NCBI GenBank assembly: GCA_951406725.2
Contig: OX597814.1
Coordinates: forward strand, 55,862,001 to 55,926,000
Source: Octopus vulgaris
Lineage: Eukaryota
Direction: 5' to 3'
DNA length: 64,000 nt
Shown here: positions 53,539 through 64,000 of the stretch, piece after piece
Position numbering within the stretch: position 1 is the first letter of the stretch
Layout: every line of letters starts with the position of its first letter
Translations under genes and position numbers: made by a program
The notes under the pieces: generated by a model
The model's input: only the letters and a program-made list of their open reading frames with translations
Databases searched by the model: none
Told to the model about the DNA's origin: nothing

Positions 53539-53634
53539 TCTCTTACAGCTGTTTCACGAATAGATGTGCAGGTAGTGCATTTCCATACAATCAATCGGTA
53601 ACTTACGTTATGGCAATCTATTCAGTCAGAGAAA
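53539..53634 (-). ncRNA. Decayed hammerhead-like motif with long stem II
   Basis: Minus TTTCT-CTGACT-GAATAGAT...ATCTATTC-GT-GAAAC-AGCT-GTA-AGAGA; 5-bp stem I, 8-bp stem II base, palindromic AGCT loop; 5' core non-canonical. Confidence 0.55.
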
Positions 53635-53677
53635 GGATGAGATAGGACATGCATACGTGTGTGTCTGTATGTATGTA

Positions 53678-53870
53678 GGGCCATGATAGATCGTTAGCCA
53701 CTACACACACTTTTTTCTCTCCTTGTTTTTTCTGCGTACCTTTCTGTAGAAGAGCGTAGGCTCGAAACGTAAAAGACTTTTTCTATTCCTGAGCGTTATA
53801 CTAATACATCTGTTTGTTTTGTACACCACCTGTCTTCGTCTTTTGTTTTGTTTTTTCGTTAACTTTCCCT
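53678..53870 (+). mobile_element. ~190-bp hammerhead-motif element in microsatellite flanks
   Basis: Homologous to 23261-23463; flanked by (TATG) and (TA) tracts. Confidence 0.7.
53740..53775 (+). ncRNA. Minimal type I hammerhead-like motif
   Basis: CTTT-CTGTAGA-A-GAGC-GTAG-GCTC-GAAA-CG-TA-AAAG: perfect 4-bp stems I and II, ACGU palindrome at helix III, predicted cut after 53771; A6U core change. Confidence 0.7.
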
Positions 53871-53962
53871 ATATATACATGAAAAATCGTGCGGGTGTTA
53901 ATCTGTAATTTTACCAAAAAGTCAAGGTAGAAAATGCTGAAATAATTTTATAAAAAACATTT

Positions 53963-53998
53963 CAGTACCGGTTTCGGTCATTGAGACTTTTTCAACTG
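53963..53998 (-). ncRNA. Minimal type I hammerhead-like motif, U3-A8 variant
   Basis: Minus CAG-TTGAAAA-A-GTC-TCAAT-GAC-C-GAAA-CCGG-TA-CTG: stem I CAG/CTG, palindromic CCGG loop, GUA cleavage triplet. Confidence 0.7.
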
Positions 53999-54228
53999 TA
54001 AGTATGGAAAGCAATTAAATTTTGTAAAAATTAAATGATAAGTATTATTTTAAAAGAATATTTCCATAGTATTCAAATACAAGATGCATTTTCCTTGTTT
54101 CTGCCTGTCTCTGTCTCTCTTGTTTACTCTGTATATATATTGGCACACACATTATCCAATACAATTATTGTTTAGTCATAAAGATATACATTACAGAAAA
54201 TTAAACGCCAAACGATATACTAGAACAA

Positions 54229-54230
<2 letters not shown>

Positions 54231-54301
<71 letters not shown>

Positions 54302-54376
54302 GTATTTGTATATATTGTTTATATACGTATCCTTCTATATATGTATAGTTTCTATGTATAACATGTATAGTATTTC

Positions 54377-54447
<71 letters not shown>

Positions 54448-54450
54448 ATA
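54231..54450. repeat. Compound (TG)n(GA)n and (TA)n microsatellites
   Basis: Direct reading. Confidence 0.97.
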
Positions 54451-56699
54451 AACACAAATATATATATACACATACACAAAACACATCCATGTGCTAATAT
54501 ACTCTCTCGCTCTCTCACACACACACTCTCTTTCTCTCTCCCCTCCTCTCACACACATAAACAGTTTCGAGGGGTAACCAATAAGTCGGTTAGTTGCCAG
54601 CTGTCTTATACGATGGTGACATTGAACATTTCCCAAGAAATACTGCTGTTTGCGTGATAACTTGATATACCATACTTCCTAAAGCACGAACACCAAGAGT
54701 TAATTTTGACTATCAACTGAAATTGGTTTCTTTGCAAATAGTTATAGCTTCTTTTTGAAATGTGTGTATGTCATGAACCTACCCATTTTTTTACTTATGT
54801 AAAAAAGAAAAAAAAACTTGTTAAAGCGTAATTCGAAATTATGTAGTTGACAACATATACGGGTGTGCCCATATAGTTGCACAAACCCCATAATTGCAGT
54901 CACTAACTAGGCCAACCTGCTAGATTGAGGAAGCAAAACCATCTTCGAATAAAACAAACATAAGCCACCAGTAGTTATATACAACACACACATACACATA
55001 TTGGATCAGGGCTGACCAGAGGCAAAACTGCGACAACAAACTCCTTGTCATGTTTTAATTTCTGTGGAGGATATCTGCTTTATACACGGGACTGGACTAG
55101 TTAGTAGATTGTGGTCAGACCTTCTTTAGTGCATATTAGTTCTTGCTAAAACTGAGGCGAATACCAACCACCGCGATCATCGTCATATAACACAAGCGGG
55201 TCTCAGTTTGCATTCTTACCATTTAAGTTTGAAGTTTTCTTTTCTGATGTAACCTGCTTTAACCATACCTACCTACTCATTTGATATATTCTAGCCGTAT
55301 CTTAATGCCCTCCATAATTCGTGTTTATTGTTGTTGAAGAAACTATGCATGTGTTTATTGTGAGCGTGTCTGATTTTGTGTACATATGTTGGCTCTGTTG
55401 TTAAACCCCCAAGTCAGTCGCATCACAAAAGACCTACTAGACTTGATCATCCCCTTCATTTTTCAAATGTTATATACCAAAGATCATATTGTGTAATGTG
55501 CTCCTTTTTTAAAAAAATTCAGAACGTAATTTGATAGCTATTTAGCTGGGATTTCTAATAGACGGTTCGTTGGCTTGTTGCTGTGCAAAAATGTTTATTC
55601 AGTTTTCATTTATAGCTGTCATTCTTTCTTAATCAGACTTAATTTTATAACTGTCATTCTTTCTTAATCAAATTTCCTGTTGCATAAAATCATTATCATC
55701 AGCTTGTTATTACCTTCGTAATTTAAAAGAAAAATTAATCACCTAAGTCAATTAATTACTTAGAATTGGATCTGGGAGAAGTTTAATTTCCCTTGTTTTC
55801 ATTTATTTTTATATCTATAACTTGAATCTACTTAAATATTATTAGTCATTAAAAGCATGAACCCTACCATGATTTCAGTTTTCTGATGCGCTAAATCCGA
55901 GGTCTATCAATAAGAAACTATTTTTCTTTCCCTTTTAATCTTTTTTACTTTCCACAACTTTATCGCCACCTTCTACTTTTTTGCTTACATTTTTTTTAGC
56001 AAATTGCTCCATAAGGTCAGTTTCGATAAAACAGATGTGTTACAATCAAAGCCATTCCATCCTTGACACCGTCTTTTTTTCTCAGACATTGCATCAAACA
56101 CTACATTATCTAGAGTGCTCTTTTTAAGATGTTAGATGTTGAGGGAAATTTGGCTGCTATTTCTGGAAGGTCGATCGATCGAACATGTAGAAGCTCTTTC
56201 ATTAGTTCGTTTTACAGTCATTTAGCAGAATTAGCAGTCAACAACTTAAGTGTTTCATTCTTTCAGTATAGGTGAAATAAATGTCATTAATGTAGGTAGA
56301 TTGAGAAGGTTGCCATTCTTTTCTAATTCCTGAATCTGGTATGTTCAGACCTAGGATATCAGAAATTGAATCGTTAAATATCTGATTGTTGATGAAATCC
56401 TAGAATCAACATTTGTCCCACATAAAAATAAAAAAAAATCAACAAAATCTTAACGCTCAGTCTTGATTTATTCTTGAATATAATATTAGCTCATCATAAC
56501 CATTATTGTCATCTATACCACCAAAATGGATGTGGTACAAATTTTGCAGCTTTTCACAATAGCTGTGACTAATGCCAAAGAGTGTTAAAGAATGCCAAGA
56601 CTTGCTTTATTGAAGATGTTCAAATGAGGATTGAGCAAGAAGAAGCTTGGTTCATGTGAATTTTGGGGAATAGCCAGTAAGATACATAATCATGTATCT

Positions 56700-56970
56700 T
56701 ACTGGCTATTCAAACAAATCAACCCCAGGAATTTTTTTTTAAGCCTGATTCTTATTCCATTGGGCTCTTTGGCTAAGTTATGGGGACATAAGCACATCAA
56801 CACCAGTTATACAATGGACTTCTTTTCAGTTTCTGTCTACCAAACTCACTCACAAGGCTTTGATTAGCCCGGGGCTATAGTAAAAGACATTTGCCCAAGG
56901 TGCCACGCAGTGGGACTGAACCCACAATCATGTGGGTGGGAAGCAAAATTCTTACCATACAGCCATGTCT
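56700..56970 (-). mobile_element. SINE family A
   Basis: Tail and head motifs on the minus strand. Confidence 0.8.
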
Positions 56971-57029
56971 CAAAAAGTGCTTTTGTAGCTCATATAAGAA
57001 GTCTGTAATTTACCCACTTCTTATGAACC

Positions 57030-57600
57030 TTGATCACCATTCCTCTTCATCTTAGTATAGGCCAATAAGCCTATTGAGCATCAAAACCAATCTGCTTGAA
57101 TCTATCAGTAATAAGCATGTTATTAATCACTTAAATGAAGTTTATTTCCTTGGTTTTCCATGTCATTGCTGATATACTTGTTGTCATCATCTTAGATGAT
57201 GCTCATGTTATTTTCAAAGTATTTAAGAAGGTATGGGCATAGAGGCATAGCATATTTTGTAGACTCTTTTTTTGCCATTAAATCCTTCCTCATGGGAAGA
57301 AGTTTGAAAGTTGCTGTCACTAGTCAGTCTGATATTTATATCAATTTGTTTTAAGAACCACACTCTTCCTGCTGTTTATCAATGATTTACCTGACAAAAG
57401 AATAACATCCTTTATTGACATATTGCCAATGATTTGGCACTTTACAATCTCACCTCTGAGAATATTAAGTACTTAGATTTAGCAGCAGATCTTTCCAGAG
57501 GCCTAACTGGTATAACGTAATGGAGAAACAAATGACTTAGTATATTTACTGCTTCCATGACCAGCCTAGAATATTTCTAGCACTATCATGAAATTCTTGA
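57030..57600 (+). mobile_element. CR1/L2-like RT fragment
   Basis: SYRPISLLS (~57054), KVFKKVW (~57217), TLFLLFINDLPD (~57360). Confidence 0.7.
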
Positions 57601-58810
57601 ACTTCTTTCTATTTTGATAGTTATTCATTTCTGTACCTGCTACAAGTTTCATACAAAAAGCATGTTACCTTAGAATGGCTCAATTGTAATATAAACCCTC
57701 TGTCTATTGTTTTCCAGCAGAATATGTTTTTAATCTCTTCAAATTCAGTGTTAATACTGGCAGTTTCCTTCATCATAATGTTTGCTTTATTTCTTTAATT
57801 ACCATTTCATTTTATTTACTCCTTTATTGCCATCTCAGTTACTATATTTTATTAATCAGTTTTATCACCATTTTATCATATTTCATTAAAATCTTTTGTC
57901 AGTTACTTTTAGTATTTTAAATATGCATGTGTATATAGAGAGAAGTTTTAGTATTAATACCACTCATCATTTTCCCAAAACTTTTTGTATAGAAGTGGCC
58001 TATGTTTTGCTTGAGATGCTTTTGAGTAAGGGAAAATAAAATTAATTTAAGCAATTATGCTTCTTCACAACTTACTTTGGCCTTATGTATAATAAAAGCA
58101 GAAATTAGTATTATTAAAATATCTTTTTTACACTGATTAGGTTTCAGTGTTAGAAACTAATGATTTTATCTCTATTGGGACAGTGAAAGGCAGAATAGGA
58201 AGAGTGTTGAAGAAATTTCCTTGTGATATTTTAGTTAGATTTCTTAAGTGCTTTCATCTTTTCAATGTTGATAAATAAGTAACAGCCTCATAAAAGTGTT
58301 GATTTAATGATAGCAGTAGAAATCAATTCTCTTCTTTTTTTTTCTTTATAGTTTTTGTTTCTTTGCCACAAAAGACACCAGGGAAAATATTACAAGATGG
58401 AGATATAATATAGTGAGAAAATGAAGTAAAATACAATATTCATACTTGAATTATTTATATGTACATGGCAGAATCTCCATGTTGTGTTTCATATTAAAAA
58501 CTGATGTACTTTTAGATGAAATATTTTGAATGCAATATTTTGACAGTATGACTATTTCTTGGCACATTCATTGAAGATGATATCTATGATGTGCATATTA
58601 GATGAAATAATATTTTTTGAAAGAAATATTTTGAAAAATATGGCTGTAGTTTCCTTGGTATCTTGAATGTAGAGGATTATTTAATACTATCATATCATAA
58701 GCCTTCAAAATTTATCTCACTGCTATTTTATGCAACAGCATGTTTGTTTTTAAAAATATTTCTAACAAGCTTTTTGACTTCTAATATATCTATATCTATC
58801 TGTCATCTAA

Positions 58811-58891
<81 letters not shown>

Positions 58892-58978
58892 GCATTACTA
58901 ATAACCAGTTTTTAGAACTTATACATATGCTTTAGAATAAAACTTTAGGTGAGTAGAGAATGTAATGTAAATTAATGA

Positions 58979-59143
58979 ATGACAAGGGAGCTGGAATTGT
59001 GTAATCAATTTGATTAGCTTACAGCTGTTTCTGCTATAAGAAGCAGTGTACTCAAAGCTGAGTTGGAGCCATTAATGGCTCTTACAGCTGAAAAAGCTGT
59101 AAACTAATGCAGTTGATTACAATAATTCCTGTTCTTTTGTCAT
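58979..59143. repeat. ~165-bp imperfect foldback with hammerhead 3' halves
   Basis: atgacaa...gtaatcaa...ttacagctgtttc and gaaaaagctgtaa...ttgattac...ttgtcat are inverted; GAAAC-AGCT-GTA on minus at 59020-59031. Confidence 0.8.
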
Positions 59144-60422
59144 CCAATAATATATATTCACATATGCACAAAAGTATGTTTAGATATCATTTTGTTTTAA
59201 AAGATACAATGTTAAGTTATGGTAATTTTAATATACTTGTAAGGGTGATGTTTGTCAGAATTTTTAGGGTATCAAACAAAATGTGCTGCAGTATTTAGCT
59301 ATATTGCTTTACATTCTGAGTTCCAATCCTGCTGAATTCAGCTTGGCATTTTGTTCAGTAAAATAATTACTAATAAAGTAACAAAGTAGATATAATTGAC
59401 TGTACTACCTTTCACAGTATGGTCAGTTTAGATAGCCAAAGCCTTACACTCACAGTGTCATTTTCATATTTTAGCATAAATCCTCCCAAAATGTTTTTTG
59501 TACTTCATTAGTCCTAGGTGGAGAATTAACAGATCTTATAAGATGTGCATAATCCTTAAATCAAAATTCTGAAATCCAAAACCTTCCAAAATTCAAATGT
59601 TTTTTTTTTTTAAATTAGAAAGGTACCTCTGTTTGAAAATTCAGTAAATGATTAGACAGTTCCTAGGTGATGTATAACTATTGCAGACCATTTATCTAGC
59701 CATAAGCTGTTAGGAGTGATGTTACCCGTCCTGGGTTGTGCTTGCCTAACCTATTAAGTTGCCACCAGTTTATTTTTAGAGGATATTGGATATGTGGTTA
59801 AGAAGTTCATTTTTCAATTTCAGCTGTGTGGTTTCTTGTTCGATCTCACTATACAACATCTTGGATACATGTCTTCTACTATTGCTCTAGGATGACCAAT
59901 GCTTTGTGAGTGGAATTAGTGGACAGAAACTGTACTGAAGCCCATTATGTGTGTGTGTGCATATGTGCACTTATGTTGACATTCTATGGCTTTGTCACTA
60001 TCTGAGTAGAAAGATGATATGATGTTTATATTCTTGTTACATTATGGCCAGTCACTCTGTACTTTCAAAGACCAGAGGAATAAAACATCCCTTACTTGAA
60101 AAATGGATGAGATTTCGAAACAAGGAAGGCATATTGTCTAAAATAACTCCTCATTCAACCTGCACTAACATTGAGTAATGCATATTAAATGAAGTAATGT
60201 ATGAAGCTTTTATAGCAACACCATCATGCATATCAGAAAGTCCTGTAGATATTACTAAGGTAAAAGTGAAAAAAAAAATGTAGAAGCATTTGTGTTTATT
60301 GATACCACAAAAAGTCGAGTTGTTGGGAAACTTCACAATGGTATAGTATGAAACTGGGAGTGTTGGAACTATGACTAGATAGAATCTTAAAACATGGGAC
60401 AACAAACTGGTTCTATGATTAA

Positions 60423-60623
60423 TCCTTTTGAAACTGTTGTTGGTTCTATCATACAAGCTCCATTTTAAGATGATCTAATTTAAAATCTTCCATCAACATT
60501 TCATGTTAATTTATGTTTCAAACACCAGCTTGATAATGACAAAGTTATTTTAAAGTCTTTATTTTCTAAAAATTAATTGAGGCAAAAACAGTGTATTTCA
60601 AAAGAAATATAGGAACAAAAGTG
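60423..60623. mobile_element. piggyBac-type MITE (family P2)
   Basis: TTAA flanks; body matches 8267-8491. Confidence 0.6.
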
Positions 60624-62499
60624 TTAAATGATGAACAGAAGTTAATAAAATTTAGGAAAACATCATATATAACATTTTGTAGATGCAAAATCCACCCCCT
60701 GCCATCTAAAAAAATTGCCAAGCATTTTTGATAAATGTTTCTCAATTCATACCTTGACTATGGCAGAAGTGAATCAAAAGACCCAATCGTTTATGATTTG
60801 CCCGTTAATAGCAAAAATTCTTATATTCACAGTTGCAAATGAAAAAAACTGATCGATGTTGGACTACAGAAGAAAAGATCATTGATTAATCATATCTTAT
60901 CATTACTATATCTCTCTGTCAAAAAGGTATCACAAACATACTTAATTCTCACAGTCAATAGACATTATGGGGAGTATTTCTTCTCTAATTAAGTATATTT
61001 TGTGAGCTTCAATGGAACCACAGGAAGCAAGAAGAATCTATTGTGTGTTCTGTCTTGAATCATTAGTCAGTATTATGGTATTATGGGTTGATGTTGGTAC
61101 TTAACTATAACGTTGTGGTTGTCGTTTAACCCCAGATCAAGTTTTAGCAGATCTTTGAACTGTCCATCGCATCTTTTTTGTATATACCGACAACCTAGGA
61201 TCATTTTATCTAATGCATCTATTTTCTTTAATGTAGTATGATGTGATTTTAAGAAGATTTGGCTGCTATTTCTTGCAGGTTGAGTTACTATGTGGAGATT
61301 CCCTTATTGGTTCATAGTATTATAGTATTAAGATATGAACCTTAGCTTTAGTTTTGGGGGGTTTAGCTTTGGTTACATGGTGTTAAGGTCTGCTTCTTAG
61401 CTCTGGTTTCATCATGTTTAAGCTTGCTGTTCAACTTTGGTTTGACATCAAGTGGATAAAAATATTCCTTCTTGATAGGAAACACATTTATGACACATCT
61501 TTAAGCAGGTAACATTCCAAAATTGATTTAGTACATAGTCACAACAGCTAGGTGAGGCAATGTAGAATAAAAAAAAGCAACAATAAAAACCCAGAAAAAG
61601 TCTGCAGCAGATTCTGCACATGTGACCTTTTATTATTTACGATTTAATTTGAGGAAAAGAACTCATAACCTTTTCAAACAAGTGAGGTGATGTGTTTGTA
61701 GTTTAGTTTGTTTGATTATCCACAGGAAAGACATGCACAGGAAGGTTAGTTCCAAAGGACTGTTGTTCATGGAATAAAGGATTTAGTAAAAGCCTAAGTG
61801 TAACTTTGGATAGTAGTAGGAAGTGAGACCCACTTCCCACCCCCACTTAATATTGAAGGTTAGTTATGATATGAAAGAGAGATCCAAAGCTTTTATATAT
61901 TTTTTGAGTATTCTATAGTTCAAAGTTCAAATTGGATTGGAACCGACTTGTCTTGCATCACCCTAAGGTCACTAAAATGGATTCAGGATAACCAAATAAT
62001 TGAGAAGCTTGCTTTGCAGTCATGAAGTGTGGGGTTCAATTTCACCATGTGGCATTTTGAATAATCTCTTTTAATAGTGGTGGATAGCAGAAATATTAGA
62101 ATGCTTGACAAAATTTCATGTCAGAATATTCTTAGTGCTACATGTGTGAGAAGTGTGATAATTTATGACAGGGAAATATAGATAATAAGTAATGAGCAGT
62201 GGAGAAGACAGGGAAGAATGGAAACTAGAATGGTCTGGTTGGATGAGTGGTGGAGTATTGCTGTGAGAGGGAGAGGGAGAGAGAGAGAGAGAGAGAGAAT
62301 AAATGAATGCAGAGAATGATGAGAATACAGCCAGTGATGGATGTTATGAAGAGATGTGGAATGGGAAGGCCTGGCTGGTTTATGTGCTGAGGCAGGATCA
62401 AAATGACTGGGCAAGAAGAAATGATGGAAATGATGTGGAAGGACATAGAGAAAGACTGAGAAAGATATGGCTAAAGGTGAAGATGAAGGCAAAGAGATT

Positions 62500-62710
62500 G
62501 ATGGTGAGCCGGTAGAATCATTAGCACGGCAGTCAAAATGCTTATCAGCATTTTGTCTGTTTTTATGTTCTGAGTTCAAATTCCACCATGATTGATTTTG
62601 CCTTTCATCCTTTCAGGGTGGATAAAATAAATACCATTTGAGCACTGGGTTGATATAATTGATTTATCCCCTCTCTCGAAATTGCTGGCTTTGTGCTGAA
62701 ATTTGAAACT
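62500..62710 (+). mobile_element. SINE family B
   Basis: ggtgagccggtagaatcattagc...tttgcctttcatcctttcagggtggataaaa...tttgaaact. Confidence 0.8.
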
Positions 62711-63358
62711 GATATTGAGTATAGGGTAAAATGGAAAAGACTGTCATGAGGCCTACAGGCCTAATGCTGCTCTAGTATAAAAATGGCCTTAAAAGGCTAT
62801 AAGTTGCCTATAATGTTGCCTATATGTTCTGAGTTCAAATCCGATCAAGATTAATCTTTTGTTCTTCTGGGGCCAGTAAAATAAGTTCCAGCAATGTATT
62901 GGAATTATTTTAATCAAATAAACCCATCCTTCCTTCAGAGATGTGGAATCATTGTGCCAGTGTTAGACATTAATATTAAATTTGATATTTAACTTTGGTA
63001 CATATAAAAATTTGTGCTTCTTGTTTGATAAATATTTGAAAATAATTTCATTTAAATTGAAAATTTCTGAAAGTTTGTTGCAAATATTTGATATATCGAT
63101 TGCATTTAATAAAATCAGACAAAATGACAACAAAATCAGAAATAAAAAATACAACACAGACACACACATTTCAAATATTTATAAATTTGAATTTTGAGGA
63201 TTCCAGACTCATAAGATACCACTTTGTACACAACAGTAAGTTTCTGGATGTTGTTTAGCTCAAGCTAGCACTAACTGAAGATGTTCCAGTTGTAACCATC
63301 ATATTTTTTTTAAAGATGGCAGGGTTTGGTTGTAAATTTCATTGCTATTCCTAGCAGG

Positions 63359-63559
63359 TTAATTGAACATAGACCTGCTTTCACATTCTGTCATTGAGGT
63401 ATTAGCACCTTGAGCTATTCTTGCCAGCATCTCAAACTTTGGATATTTAACCTTTACTTGTGCAAAGCATTTCAAAAGTTTATCTTTAATACCCATTCTT
63501 GTTTTCAGACTTTTAATTAGCCCTTGTTTCATATGTTCTGAGTAACATAACGCTTTCAT
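63359..63559 (-). pseudogene. Possible hAT transposase dimerisation-domain remnant
   Basis: YPKFEMLARIAQGANTSMTECES resembles YP.L..LA.......S...CER.FS; short and degenerate. Confidence 0.35.
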
Positions 63560-64000
63560 TTCATAAGTTCCAAGTTACTCTGGAGGTTGAAAAAAAAATT
63601 GGAATTGTGTATCATATATGATGTATGGGCTTCAGGGAAATAATCTTGTGGACAGGCAAAAGGTTAAATTTGTTGTAAACACCATAGATGATATAATATT
63701 ATCGTCCAATTAACTGAATTAATTATTGCATTTAATATGTTAGTGAAGTCTTGGAAAGTGTCTTCACATTTTGGAAGGTGACTTGTCAGTGAAATTGAAT
63801 TGACAAAAATGGTAGAAACTTATCTGATGGATTGCACCTATAATTCAAAGGTCCAGCCTTGTTCCATAGTGCATCACAGTAATTTAGCTTGAGAATTGCA
63901 TTAAGGGTGCATTTGAACAATGGAATGCTGTATCCTGAAATCAATGGAAGGTCCATTGTCTCAGCAGAATATCAGTTTTGGTTAAGTTTGTGAGTGGTTA

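Larger units (their letters stand above)
51300..55400. promoter_or_regulatory. CpG-retaining island, candidate promoter region
   Basis: CG dinucleotides are frequent here and scarce elsewhere. The SINE at 53150-53280 keeps CpGs (atcgcgcggtggg) lost in other copies. ETS-like CCGGAAG at ~51535 and CTTCCG at 51481. Confidence 0.5.

Overview
AT-rich, microsatellite-saturated animal genomic DNA with no confidently identifiable host protein-coding exon. Nearly all ORF-track entries are microsatellite or repeat artefacts. The SINE families and repeat landscape look like an octopus/cephalopod genome (inference from pattern recognition, not a search). The window is a transposon graveyard: four full-length but decayed Tc1/mariner elements of four different catalytic classes (DD34E, DD36E, DD37D, DD34D), a deleted and a truncated mariner, hAT and piggyBac-type MITEs, a decayed hAT transposase, many LINE fragments (RTE, CR1-like, R4/Dong-like) and dozens of tRNA-derived SINEs. 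The most interesting signal is about ten minimal type I hammerhead-ribozyme-like motifs (CUGANGA...GAAA-palindromic loop-UH), most carrying one or more core changes. They sit in ~200-bp elements inserted in (TA)n and in 120-400-bp foldback palindromes, resembling Penelope pLTR/retrozyme units, and three cluster in a CpG-retaining island at ~51.3-55.4 kb. SINE and LINE boundaries are approximate; TIR, TSD and ribozyme coordinates were read base by base.
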